The notes beneath the pieces are model-generated. The model made no database searches, was not told the DNA's origin, and saw only the letters and a list, made by a program, of their open reading frames with translations. The position numbers and the translations under genes are program-made. A DNA stretch of 64,000 nt. It comes from an uncultured candidate division Zixibacteria bacterium (GTDB lineage: Bacteria > Zixibacteria > MSB-5A5 > GN15 > FEB-12). Positions 41,171-51,018 of the stretch are shown here, one piece after another (position 1 is the stretch's first letter; each line of letters opens with the position of its first letter). The stretch spans positions 128,001 to 192,000 of the forward strand of contig CAVTJJ010000003.1 in NCBI GenBank assembly GCA_963735035.1. The letters are read 5' to 3'.

Positions 41171-41352
41171 CTGACGCTGATTTAGCAAGGACCGATCGAC
41201 ATCGAACAGCAACTGGGCCTGACAACCTGGACCGGCAACTTGGGCTTAGACACCTTGACTTGTTGACGGTTCTTGCTAAAAATTGTCCCTGTCCCACAGG
41301 TATCCTAATGCCTGTACGAGCCACCCAATTACCCGTTGGGTGGCTCATTCCT
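41171..41352 (+). ncRNA. Candidate structured small RNA
   Basis: Long G-U-containing hairpin 41181-41280, then hairpins 41296-41315 and 41318-41346; no credible ORF. Confidence 0.45.
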
Positions 41353-41782
41353 TTATGGCCAGAAATGGATCGCAGATCTTGCGACACGGCCCTGCCGGCG
41401 GCAGCGGTCTTATCTTTACAAAGGCATTGCGGCGCCAGGCTACAGCTTCGTCCTTTACCTGGTCGTCTCCCCCACCAGCTTCAATCATGTACCACTGATC
41501 CAGACAAATCCCCACATGTCCGGCTCGTCCCTGCCCATTCAGGAAGAAGACGAGGCAGCCCGCAACGGGGTCTTTGGCTTCGCAACTGAGAAAACGGTTC
41601 ATCAACCCGTCGGCCGAAAGATCGATATTCTCGATCAAACCGACCGAGCGAAGTGATTCTATTACCAGCCCAGAGCAATCGAATCCGGAAGGATCATCCC
41701 CGCCCCAGCGGTAAGGTGTCCCCAGATAAGCCAGAGCGGTTGTTACGAGCCAGTGACGGGCAGCATCTTGTCGATTTGTCAT
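41345..41782 (-). CDS. NlpC/P60 (C40) peptidase
   Basis: LGTPYRWGG...GFDCSGL, HVGI. Confidence 0.92.
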   Translation of the reverse strand: MTNRQDAARHWLVTTALAYLGTPYRWGGDDPSGFDCSGLVIESLRSVGLIENIDLSADGLMNRFLSCEAKDPVAGCLVFFLNGQGRAGHVGICLDQWYMIEAGGGDDQVKDEAVAWRRNAFVKIRPLPPAGPCRKICDPFLAIKE

Positions 41783-41815
41783 GACAGTCTGAGCTGTCCT
41801 GGCATCACCGTCAGA

Positions 41816-42706
41816 TCAATTGGAATTCTGCTTTGATTCACTCCGGCGACGCTCGGCGACATAGACTCCGGTCAGGACCAAAAGTCCTCCAAGAGCCGTC
41901 ATCGGACCGAATTCCTCGTTAAGATACGGCACCGCCAGGACGGTCGTGGCCACCGGTTCAAGATAGAGGTAGATCCCTGCTCTGGCGGCGCCGACTCGCG
42001 CAACCCCTTCCTGCCAGAACCAGTGTCCCAACGCCAACCCCAGCAGGCCGAGAAAGAGAATTGACACGACCCCGTCGGCCGGCATGGAAAGTAATCTCGA
42101 CCAGTCGGATGCAAACGCCATATAGCCGAGCAGAATCACTGCCGGCGGCGCAAGAACTGCGACCGTAACGGCCAGTGGATTGCGGGAACGAGTGACATCG
42201 CGAATAACAATCGTGTACAGCGCCCAGGTATGTGCCGAGACCAGTATCAGCCAGTCACCGACCGAACTGAGCCAGGCGAAGCTGTTCAATCGCCCCTTGG
42301 ACATCAGGACTAGGATTCCAAACGAGGCGATGGCAATTCCGTAAAGGGCGTTGCGGCTGAGTCGTTCGTGGAGCACTAGATAGGCCAGCACGGCCATGAC
42401 CAAGGGGCTGACGGCTATGATCCAGCCGGTGTGCGTGGCTGAAGTATATTGTAGTCCGGTGATCTGGATGAGAAAATGCGCCGTGATTACCAGCGACCCG
42501 AGCAGAACCGCTTTCCACTCTTTCGGAGTGAATTCAAATTTGACCCGCTTTACGACGATTACCAGAAGCAGCAATGGCAGACCGATAAGACAGCGGAGCC
42601 CCAAGAGTTCGACCGGATTCAGATATTGCAGGCAGATACGGGTCGCGACGAAAGACCATCCCCAGACAATCACACAGACGAGCAGGTAGGTCGGCGCCAG
42701 ATTCAT
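41816..42706 (-). CDS. EamA/DMT family transporter
   Basis: About 10 TM helices, duplicated EamA pattern. Confidence 0.92.
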   Translation of the reverse strand: MNLAPTYLLVCVIVWGWSFVATRICLQYLNPVELLGLRCLIGLPLLLLVIVVKRVKFEFTPKEWKAVLLGSLVITAHFLIQITGLQYTSATHTGWIIAVSPLVMAVLAYLVLHERLSRNALYGIAIASFGILVLMSKGRLNSFAWLSSVGDWLILVSAHTWALYTIVIRDVTRSRNPLAVTVAVLAPPAVILLGYMAFASDWSRLLSMPADGVVSILFLGLLGLALGHWFWQEGVARVGAARAGIYLYLEPVATTVLAVPYLNEEFGPMTALGGLLVLTGVYVAERRRSESKQNSN

Positions 42707-42773
42707 AGCCTATACAAACGATGGCGGCCCCGAAGCGCAACGGAAAAAGAGTCTTACCGGACGGTGATCCAAC

Positions 42774-42822
42774 GCGGCAGGTCACACGCCCCGCCGAAGC
42801 GGGTCGCAAGACCCGCCGCAAC
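42774..42822. repeat. REP-like element of the GTTG-CGGCAGGTC family
   Basis: Resembles 11796-11839 and 22424-22478. Confidence 0.65.
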
Positions 42823-42942
42823 TTCACGCTCTATGTCTTCAACGGCCTGATCAGAGTATCCATCTGGGCAGCCAATGATATTAGTTGCCCCGCGACGAAA
42901 TCAGCGCCTAGTTCCTCTTCGGAAAAACCAAAGGAGCAATTG

Positions 42943-43407
42943 ATGGATTATCGCGATACCACCAGACGTCTCATCGCCACCCTGGCTTTCAGAACCCGCC
43001 ACGCCTTCCACGGCGCCCCGGTCGGGTTCGAGGATTTCGAAGCCGGGATGGATGTGCGGACGCCGCTTCAGATACTCAATCATATCAACGACTGCATTGC
43101 CCATACCGACGATGCCATTCACGGTCGCAAGCCCCGACGTCTCGAGTCGCTGCCTCTCATGGAAGCGCAGGAGACGTTTCATCTGGAGCTGACGCAACTG
43201 GACGAGACTCTCGCCCACGCGAAGCTACCGGACGACGACAAGTGCCTTCGACTGCTTCAGGGGCCGCTGAGTGATGCCATGACGCATGTCGGACAGATCG
43301 TAATGATGCGTCGATTGATGGGTTCACCGGTTTCGAGCGTGTCGTATTCCAAAGCGGATATTCGTACCGGCGAGGTCGGTCCGAAACAACCGCTGCCGAC
43401 TTCCTAG
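42943..43407 (+). CDS. DinB-like protein
   Basis: AAGGAG RBS; RTPLQILNH, DAMTHVGQI..MRR. Confidence 0.75.
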   Translation: MDYRDTTRRLIATLAFRTRHAFHGAPVGFEDFEAGMDVRTPLQILNHINDCIAHTDDAIHGRKPRRLESLPLMEAQETFHLELTQLDETLAHAKLPDDDKCLRLLQGPLSDAMTHVGQIVMMRRLMGSPVSSVSYSKADIRTGEVGPKQPLPTS

Positions 43408-43427
43408 TAGGTCAGGAGCCCTTAGGC

Positions 43428-44716
43428 TGTATAGTATCATGACATCCGTTACAGGTTGTGTCAAGACATGCGTTACAGTTTGACGGTATTATACCTTCTT
43501 AGCGAAGGAGGCGGATATGCCGTGGAAGGCGCAGAGTGTAATGGATGAGCGGATACGATTTGTGATGGAGGCGGACCGGTGCCAAGAGTCGATGTCAGGC
43601 CTGTGTCGGGAGTTTGGGATTAGTCGGCCTACCGGGTACCGGTGGTTATCGAGGTACCGGGAGACCGGGCGGGTGAGTGATCTTCGGGAACGATCTCGTC
43701 GGCCAAGTTGCAGCCCGCTACGGTCGGCAGAGGAGATCGTTGATCGAGTAGTGAGTTTACGGTTGGCGTACGACTGGGGAGCTCGTAAGCTGCAGGTTCT
43801 GTTGCGGGATGCCGGGGTCAAGGTAAGTGAGAGCACGATCAACCGTATTTTGAAGCGTCAGGGTTTGCAGCGTGAGCCGGAGGTTACCGGCCAGGCGACG
43901 ACACGATTTGAGCGGCAGACCCCTAATGAATTATGGCAGATGGACTTTAAGGGACTCAGCCAAGCGGTTGTAGGGCGGTGTTGTCCCTTGTCGATTATCG
44001 ATGACCACAGCCGGTATGCGGTTGGCCTGTATGCCCTCGGCGACCAATTGGGTGTGTCGGTTCACCAGTCGCTGGTGCAAACCTTCGAACGCTATGGAGT
44101 GCCACAGTCGGTGTTGATCGACCACGGAGTTCCGTGGTACAGTCCCAACGGTCACGGCCTGACATGGCTGGGGGTCGCGTTGATCAAGCAAGGCGTCCGG
44201 CTGCGCTTTAGCGGCCTGCGTCACCCCCAGACACAGGGGAAGGTGGAACGGTTCCACCGCACCTTGGGTGACCGGCTGCGCCATCGGGGCTATCCGTCGC
44301 TTCTGGCTGACTGGCAACAGACCTTCGATGATTTTGCCAAAGAGTATAACCATGTCCGGCCACATGAATCGCTCGACATGGCGGTACCCGCCTCTCGTTA
44401 CCAACCCAGCTCCCGACAGTATCAACCACAGCCGCCAGCCTGGGATTATCCCGCCGGTGCCATAGTCAGGCGACTCAATGTGAGAGGTCTGCTGTCATGG
44501 AAGAGCCGGTATTACTTTGTCAGCGAAGCTTTGGCCAAAGAAGACGTCGAGATCAACCCCTGTGCCGACACCCTGCTGATTCGCTACCGACACATGTGGA
44601 TTAGAGAAATTGACCTCAAAACAGGTCGTTCAGAGACTCTGATCGACAAAACCAGAAACCCTTATGTGTAACGGATGTCCTGACACACACTGTAACTCAA
44701 GTGTTGACACTGTACA
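43428..44716 (+). mobile_element. IS481-family insertion sequence, 1289 bp
   Basis: TGT...ACA ends with repeated GACATCCGTTACA boxes; flanking 10-bp direct repeat GCCCTTAGGC. Confidence 0.92.
43517..44671 (+). CDS. IS481-family DDE transposase
   Basis: MPWK, HTH, WQMDFKG, DHG, PQTQGKVERFHRT, YNHVRPHESL. Confidence 0.95.
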   Translation: MPWKAQSVMDERIRFVMEADRCQESMSGLCREFGISRPTGYRWLSRYRETGRVSDLRERSRRPSCSPLRSAEEIVDRVVSLRLAYDWGARKLQVLLRDAGVKVSESTINRILKRQGLQREPEVTGQATTRFERQTPNELWQMDFKGLSQAVVGRCCPLSIIDDHSRYAVGLYALGDQLGVSVHQSLVQTFERYGVPQSVLIDHGVPWYSPNGHGLTWLGVALIKQGVRLRFSGLRHPQTQGKVERFHRTLGDRLRHRGYPSLLADWQQTFDDFAKEYNHVRPHESLDMAVPASRYQPSSRQYQPQPPAWDYPAGAIVRRLNVRGLLSWKSRYYFVSEALAKEDVEINPCADTLLIRYRHMWIREIDLKTGRSETLIDKTRNPYV

Positions 44717-44758
44717 GCCCTTAGGCTCCTGACACTCATATCTTTGTTTGCCCTCGAT

Positions 44759-44786
44759 GTCAGGAGCCTAAGGGCTCCTGACCTAC
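44759..44786 (-). repeat. GTAG-type REP, inverted partner of the REP split by IS481
   Basis: Exact reverse complement of the reconstructed empty site GTAGGTCAGGAGCCCTTAGGCTCCTGAC. Confidence 0.9.
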
Positions 44787-45030
44787 TATCTGTGCGCGCG
44801 TTACAAAATAGCCGGGGACTTTTTCTCTCGTTCCAGCGTTTACAAGTAATATAGTTCTGTGCCGGTGTATGGTTTTCCAGACTATCGATAGCACCTGCTT
44901 TCGGCGATCCTGACCTCGTTACAATTCTCCCTGTTGTCAGAGTCACAGTTAGCGTCCATCGAGCGTCTTTCGATTCTACAAAGCGTCGGTTGACCCCCGC
45001 ACCGATTGGATTCATAGGAGGAGCAGATTA

Positions 45031-46065
45031 GTGAGCAAGTATTTGCAGGACAACATCACTGAGAACACCGATTTCCGGACAATCAACCGACAAATTGAGC
45101 CGTATCAACAACCCAGCCGTCTCAAGAGTATCTGGCAATTAGGCAATACGCTGATTTCATATGTGGCGCTCTGGGTGCTGATTTGGTTCACGATGGATTA
45201 TTCGATCTGGCTGGCCCTGCCGCTAATCCTGCTGGCGGCCGGATTTCTGGTGCGAATATTTATCATCTTTCATGACTGCGGCCACGGCTCGTTCTTCCGT
45301 ACGAAACGCGCCAATCGATTTTGGGGTGTCATCACCGGCGTGTTGACTTTCACACCGTATTACACCTGGCGAATGAATCATGCCCGGCATCATGGCACTT
45401 CCGGTAACCTGGATATGCGGGGTCATGGGGATGTCTGGACTATGACGGTCGATGAATATCGGAAAGCCTCATTGAGCACGCGCTTCAAGTATCGTATGTA
45501 CCGTAACCCGGCCGTGATGTTTCTCATGGGACCGCTCCTGTCTTTGCTTGTCGTCAACCGGATACCGCAGTCGGGCGCTGGGAGAAAAGATCGCCTCAGC
45601 ATTTACGGCACCGATGCCGGGATACTAGCGCTGGCTCTGACGCTGGTGTTTCTGCTGGGCTGGAAAGAGTACCTGTTCATTCAGTTTTCAATTCTGTACG
45701 TTGGCATGGTAGGTGGCATCTGGTTGTTTTACGTGCAACATCAGTTCGAAGGGGTCTATTGGGCCAACGAGAAAGAATGGGATTTCGTGCAGGCGTCGAT
45801 CAAGGGATCGTCGTATTACAAACTTCCGGTGGTGCTGCGCTGGTTCACCGGAAATATCGGATTTCATCATGTCCATCACTTGAGCCCGAGTATTCCCAAC
45901 TACAATCTTCCGCGATGCCACAAACGTTTGTCGATCATGCGACAGGCACCGACAATCGGTTTGTTCGCGAGTTTGAAGAGTCTGAAGTATCGTTTGTGGG
46001 ACGAGCGTAAGCGCGAGTTGGTGAGTTTCCGGAGAGTGCGAGAGTATGACACTACACAGCAGTAG
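45031..46065 (+). CDS. Membrane fatty acid desaturase (Bacillus Des-like)
   Basis: His boxes HDCGH, HARHH, HHVHH. Confidence 0.92.
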   Translation: MSKYLQDNITENTDFRTINRQIEPYQQPSRLKSIWQLGNTLISYVALWVLIWFTMDYSIWLALPLILLAAGFLVRIFIIFHDCGHGSFFRTKRANRFWGVITGVLTFTPYYTWRMNHARHHGTSGNLDMRGHGDVWTMTVDEYRKASLSTRFKYRMYRNPAVMFLMGPLLSLLVVNRIPQSGAGRKDRLSIYGTDAGILALALTLVFLLGWKEYLFIQFSILYVGMVGGIWLFYVQHQFEGVYWANEKEWDFVQASIKGSSYYKLPVVLRWFTGNIGFHHVHHLSPSIPNYNLPRCHKRLSIMRQAPTIGLFASLKSLKYRLWDERKRELVSFRRVREYDTTQQ

Positions 46066-46078
46066 GGTCAAATACAAG

Positions 46079-46402
46079 CCGGCAGATGTGGGCATCTGCC
46101 GGGCACGATGCAGGGGTGTAGAGAGCCCACCGCGGCGGGCCGCCCACAAACCCCTGTGTCAGGCGTCAAGTCCGCCTGACCTACGAATCTTCGCCATAGA
46201 GCGTGCGGTCAGGCGTCCCTGCCTGACTGCAGTAGATAATTGAGACGGCCGTCGGGCAGAGACGCCCGACGGCACACTTGAGTGTCAGGCGTCAAGTCCG
46301 CCTGACCTACTAATCTTCGTCATAGAGCGTGCGGTCAGGCGTCCCTGCCTGACTGCAGTAGATAATCGAGACGACCGTCGGGCAGAGACGCCCGACTGCA
46401 CG
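46079..46402. repeat. Mosaic REP cluster with 126-bp direct duplication
   Basis: 46156-46275 vs 46282-46402; three palindromes per unit. Confidence 0.88.
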
Positions 46403-46605
46403 TTTGAATTCCTATCTCCACACATATTGATGTAAGCAAATTTCAGCAACCGGGACGCGAAATTAACGTATTCCAAGAGATATGTCTGCTATATTCCTGC
46501 CCGGTCCAAGAGTCGGAAAATTGCGATGTGACGTTCAAACAAAATCCCGACCTGATTCGACTATAAATTAACTGAATGACATAAACCTCTCAAGGAGAAG
46601 GCTTA

Positions 46606-48669
46606 ATGAGCAGAAGCTTCAAAACAATAGCGGTCCTGGTCGCATTAGCGATTGTAGCGGTTCTGATTAGTTGTGGCACCAAAGTGACCGCAGAGGAAAC
46701 CGTCTCGACTACCAATATTCACGGCATCGACCGTAAGAATTTCGACACCACTGTCTCCCCATGTACCGATTTCTACAAGTATGCCAATGGCACCTGGATC
46801 AAGAACAACCCGGTTCCGAAAGAGTATGGTAGCTGGGGCACGTTTCATGAAGTGTTCGAGCGAAATAACAAGTTGCTCAAACAGATTCTCGAAGAAGTAG
46901 GCGCCGGAAATCCGGCCCAGGGAACCGTGGCGCAGAAGATCGGTGATTTCTACGCTACCGGCATGGACACGGCGGCCATCAATCGGACCGGGATCGGTCC
47001 GCTCAAAGCTGATTTCGAGCGGATTGACCGAATCGCTAATATCAAGGAGCTCTGCCAGGTAGTATCGGGTTTCCACGCCGAAGGCATGGACATGATATTC
47101 GATACCGATGCTTTCGAGGATCTCAAGAATTCCAGCATGACCAATCTGTACGCCACCCAGGGCGGACTGGGTTTGCCCGAGCGGGATTACTACACGCGAA
47201 CGGACAGTGTCTCAACTAAGCTTCGGGATCAGTACATTGAGCACATTACCAATATGTTCAAACTGTTGGGCGACGACTCCGCCTCTGCGGCAATCCACGC
47301 CAAGGCGGTGATGACGGTCGAAACTCGTTTGGCTGAAACCTCCTGGAATCAGACGCAGATGCGCGATTATCCGGCCTGGTATCGGGTCAAGGCGATTTCC
47401 GACGTCGAGAAGATCGCGCCGAACTACGACTGGGGGGGCTACATTCAGACTCTCGGTTTGGCCAACGTTGATTCGATCTCATTCGGGCCGGAGCAATTTT
47501 TCGAAGGCATGAACAAGGCTCTGACCGAATTGCCTCTGGACGACTGGAAGCAATACGTTCGCTGGCGCCTGATATCCATCAACGCCTTCTATGCGGGCGA
47601 ACAGTTCGATAAAGAGGACTTTCGTTTCTTTAGCACTATCCTGGGCGGTTCAAAGGAACGCCAGGAACGGTGGAAGCGAGTGCTTGGACCGATCGACAAC
47701 TATATGGGAGAAGCGCTCGGCCAGTTGTTTGTCGCGAAAGCTTTTCCCCCCGAGACCAAGACCAGGGCGCTCGAGATGGTCAACAATTTGAAGACGGCGC
47801 TTCGGGAAAGCATCGAAAACGCTGACTGGATGAGTGATTCGACTCGCGCGAAAGCTCTCGAGAAACTGGCCGCCTTCAAGACGAAGATTGGCTATCCCGA
47901 CAAGTGGCGCGACTACTCCGGTCTTCAGATCGGCAAGTCATCATTCATAGAAAACGCCAGGGCCGGGCGGACATTCGCAACGAAGTACACGCTTTCCAAA
48001 GTTGGCAAGGCACCGGATCGGACCGAATGGGGCATGAGTCCACAGACAGTGAATGCCGGATACAACCCGACGCAGAACGACATCACGTTCCCGGCCGGAA
48101 TACTTCAGCCGCCGCTTTTCGATGGAACGGTCGACGATGCGGTCAATTACGGCGCCATGGGAATTGTCATAGGGCATGAGATGACCCACGGATTCGACGA
48201 CAGCGGCCGACGGTTCGATAAAGACGGAAACATGAAAGACTGGTGGACACCGGAAGACAGCAAGCGTTACGAAGCGCGTTCCGCCAAGCTGGTGGAGCAG
48301 TTCAACGGCTACCATGTGGCTGACTCGGTGCAGGTCAACGGTGCCCTGACACTCGGTGAAAACATCGCCGACCTGGGCGGCCTCAGGTTGACGCTTCGCG
48401 CCCTGGAAGTCGCCACCCAGGGGAAAACCGATCCGATGATCGATGGCTTCACACAACAGCAGAGACTGTTCCTGTCGTACGCGCAGGTCTGGCGCACCAG
48501 CACCACTCCGGAAGCCGAGAAACTTCAGGTGCAGAGTGACCCGCACACGCCGGACCGGTTCCGGGTGCTGGGTCCGCTGGGTCATCTGGATGAATTCGAG
48601 AAGGCGTTCGGATGCAGCGATACCGACCCAATGATGCGTCCGAAATCGGAGCGCGTGAAGATCTGGTAG
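46606..48669 (+). CDS. M13 (neprilysin/PepO) metallopeptidase, lipoprotein
   Basis: VNAGY, HEMTHGFD, GENIADLGG; lipobox LIS-C. Confidence 0.95.
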   Translation: MSRSFKTIAVLVALAIVAVLISCGTKVTAEETVSTTNIHGIDRKNFDTTVSPCTDFYKYANGTWIKNNPVPKEYGSWGTFHEVFERNNKLLKQILEEVGAGNPAQGTVAQKIGDFYATGMDTAAINRTGIGPLKADFERIDRIANIKELCQVVSGFHAEGMDMIFDTDAFEDLKNSSMTNLYATQGGLGLPERDYYTRTDSVSTKLRDQYIEHITNMFKLLGDDSASAAIHAKAVMTVETRLAETSWNQTQMRDYPAWYRVKAISDVEKIAPNYDWGGYIQTLGLANVDSISFGPEQFFEGMNKALTELPLDDWKQYVRWRLISINAFYAGEQFDKEDFRFFSTILGGSKERQERWKRVLGPIDNYMGEALGQLFVAKAFPPETKTRALEMVNNLKTALRESIENADWMSDSTRAKALEKLAAFKTKIGYPDKWRDYSGLQIGKSSFIENARAGRTFATKYTLSKVGKAPDRTEWGMSPQTVNAGYNPTQNDITFPAGILQPPLFDGTVDDAVNYGAMGIVIGHEMTHGFDDSGRRFDKDGNMKDWWTPEDSKRYEARSAKLVEQFNGYHVADSVQVNGALTLGENIADLGGLRLTLRALEVATQGKTDPMIDGFTQQQRLFLSYAQVWRTSTTPEAEKLQVQSDPHTPDRFRVLGPLGHLDEFEKAFGCSDTDPMMRPKSERVKIW

Positions 48670-48731
48670 ATCTGACCATTTCGAATACATACCCCCACCC
48701 GATTCCGGGCGGGGGTTTCTATGTCGGCTTC

Positions 48732-50777
48732 TTACAGACCGGCTACACGCAACCCGGCCGGATAACGAACTTCATAGGGGATCGCTATCTTAACAATCTC
48801 TCCCGGCGCCAGGGTCAGAATCCAGCGAGGCATGTTAGCAGCGCTTTCAGGTGACGGCAAAGGGACAATCTTGCCGAGCTTGACTCTGACGCGACTATCA
48901 TTGGAAACCGGCAACGCTTCTTCGAGTTCGACGGTACGAGAAATCGAGTCGAGGTTGCTTAGTGTTATTTGGATCGTCTGACTCGTCTGGATATCGTCGT
49001 CTTTTGTCTCCCGAGTAAACCCGGCAACTTCTCTCTTGACCATGACACGATTGTCGACTCCAAATGGAAGTTCGAATTCCTCATTGGGGGCGATCAGTTG
49101 CTCGACCTGTGTGTGCCCCAGGAAGTGTGCTCCGACAAAGATGGCCACGCGCCCGGGCATGAGCGGTGCTCTGTCCTGATTTTGGAGCTTAATTATGCGA
49201 AACGCGCCTTGTCGATTCCTCGGGCGGGAGATGAGCTTGGTAGCGCCATCAAGATTCCAGTTGGCCACTGTCACCCGCGCCGCATCGCCGCCGGACGCGA
49301 TTGTCTCAGTGCCGCTGACCTGAAAGAGAACCGGATACGCCCCAACACCGACGACTGTGCTGGTCATCACAACTGACACTTCGTTAGCTCTGCCCCCGGG
49401 AGCATACACTTCACCGTCGGACGTCGTTCTGACCCTGCCGACCTGGGCGAGAAGATTGTCGATTGTTTGCACAGGACGCTGCTTGATGGATTCCTGTCCA
49501 ATCGTTACTCGAGAATCTACAACGAACTTGTCGCGGATATCCTGAGTTCCCTCAACCGTAATGGTCTTGTTCAGATCGGTGGCCCCCTTGTCATCCATCC
49601 GTTGACAGATTTCGGTCGTAGCTCCAATCGAAACGCCCACGTTCGTGACTTCAACCGTGGTGTATTCCACCGAGGATATCCGGAGCGTATAGATGCCCGG
49701 ATCGACCCGGAGGATCTGGAAATTCCCCTGATGATCGGTCATGGCTCCCTGGGTCGTACCGACGATTAGAATAGATGCGCCTATTATCGGTTCACCCGTC
49801 ACCGCACTGGTCAATCTTCCTCTTATTTGGCCGGTGGATCCGCCGTAATGTCTCGAGACTCCGTAGGACGCATCGCCCATATTCCACGGTGCGAGTTCTC
49901 CCGGTCCGGTTCCGAGTGACGGCTGCACGGTCGACAACTGCAGTTCGACCCCAGGCCAGTCTTCACCGGTCTTCTGGCTGACCTCGGCGCTGTAGGTAAA
50001 GTTGACAACATCCGGGTTATCGAGGATTCTGGCGTCGTACATCGGGCTCCAGGTCGCACCCGGCACCAGGTACTCCAGAGACATTGTCACTTCACCGGCT
50101 TGTTCCAGGTTTAGCTCGACGCTGACCGTCTTGGTTCTCCGCTGGTTGACCGTCGTCAGTTTCCTCAGCTCATCCCCTTTCAATCGGATGCGTGAATCTA
50201 TATTCGCCAGTTCCTGTTCGGACCGGCGCATGGAATCGCTGATGAGCGTTGTCTTTTCGCTGAGGAAGTTGTACGCCGTGGCCCACAGAGCGACGTTGAT
50301 TCCTTCCTTGGCGACTTTATCTATGGATTCATCCTCGTCAGAAAGAGGGCCGCGAGTGAGGGACGTTAGAAATTCCCGGAGCTTCTTCAACGCCTCTATA
50401 CGATCGACTACAACGTCCTTGTGATTTCTTATTAGGCTGTCCAGTTCATGAGTAAGTCCGGCTATCTTCGGCGAGGGGGACTCCAAATGCTCCTCGGTCG
50501 CGTACGATATTCCGTACAGCGTAATTCCGGGAATGCCTGATCCGGATACCTGAAAGGACGCATCCAGGGCTCCCCCCGGCAGATCTTCGAAGAGCACTAT
50601 GTGGTTTCCTGCTGTCAGGTTTAAGGAGCCAATCCGGGTGACTTGAGCCTGATCAGGATAGACCGTTACTTTCTTGATTGGCGCCTGCAGACTTTCTCTT
50701 GGGGCACCGGTGACTGATGCGACCAGAATGGCTATTCCGGTCACGATTGCGAATGCGGTGGAACGTCGCATAGCCAT
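48732..50777 (-). CDS. DUF4140/DUF4139 (MuiA-like) protein with inserted carboxypeptidase-regulatory-like and plug-like segments
   Basis: VTVYPDQAQVTR, WSPMYDAR, QKTGEDW; internal GEPIIGASI...TD..G.F. Confidence 0.8.
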   Translation of the reverse strand: MAMRRSTAFAIVTGIAILVASVTGAPRESLQAPIKKVTVYPDQAQVTRIGSLNLTAGNHIVLFEDLPGGALDASFQVSGSGIPGITLYGISYATEEHLESPSPKIAGLTHELDSLIRNHKDVVVDRIEALKKLREFLTSLTRGPLSDEDESIDKVAKEGINVALWATAYNFLSEKTTLISDSMRRSEQELANIDSRIRLKGDELRKLTTVNQRRTKTVSVELNLEQAGEVTMSLEYLVPGATWSPMYDARILDNPDVVNFTYSAEVSQKTGEDWPGVELQLSTVQPSLGTGPGELAPWNMGDASYGVSRHYGGSTGQIRGRLTSAVTGEPIIGASILIVGTTQGAMTDHQGNFQILRVDPGIYTLRISSVEYTTVEVTNVGVSIGATTEICQRMDDKGATDLNKTITVEGTQDIRDKFVVDSRVTIGQESIKQRPVQTIDNLLAQVGRVRTTSDGEVYAPGGRANEVSVVMTSTVVGVGAYPVLFQVSGTETIASGGDAARVTVANWNLDGATKLISRPRNRQGAFRIIKLQNQDRAPLMPGRVAIFVGAHFLGHTQVEQLIAPNEEFELPFGVDNRVMVKREVAGFTRETKDDDIQTSQTIQITLSNLDSISRTVELEEALPVSNDSRVRVKLGKIVPLPSPESAANMPRWILTLAPGEIVKIAIPYEVRYPAGLRVAGL

Positions 50778-50940
50778 ACCTCCCTTGAAGTTGATACGCA
50801 ACCCGGCGGTGGGGTCATCGGGATCGGGCGAAGTGACGCGACATCACCCGGCCCTTCCTCCAACTCGTCATTCCCGGTCTTCTGAGAGGACTCTATTCAT
50901 AGTGACGAACATCTTCCCTCAACTGTGAAATCATGAAGCT

Positions 50941-50967
50941 GTCAGGCCCCGAGTTGGCCTGACCTAC
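50941..50967 (-). repeat. GTAG-GTCAGG REP
   Basis: Nearly identical to 51994-52020. Confidence 0.75.
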
Positions 50968-51018
50968 AAGACTGTGAAATCAGTTGAACCGATGGACGTC
51001 AAAGCACTATAAACAATC

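Noticed and set aside
41171..41352. Firm 6S RNA (ssrS) call
   Set aside because: The hairpin spans only ~100 nt and the two ends of the putative transcript do not pair; kept only as an unassigned candidate
42721..42942. N-terminal extension of the DinB-like ORF
   Set aside because: Runs through a REP; a strong RBS supports ATG 42943
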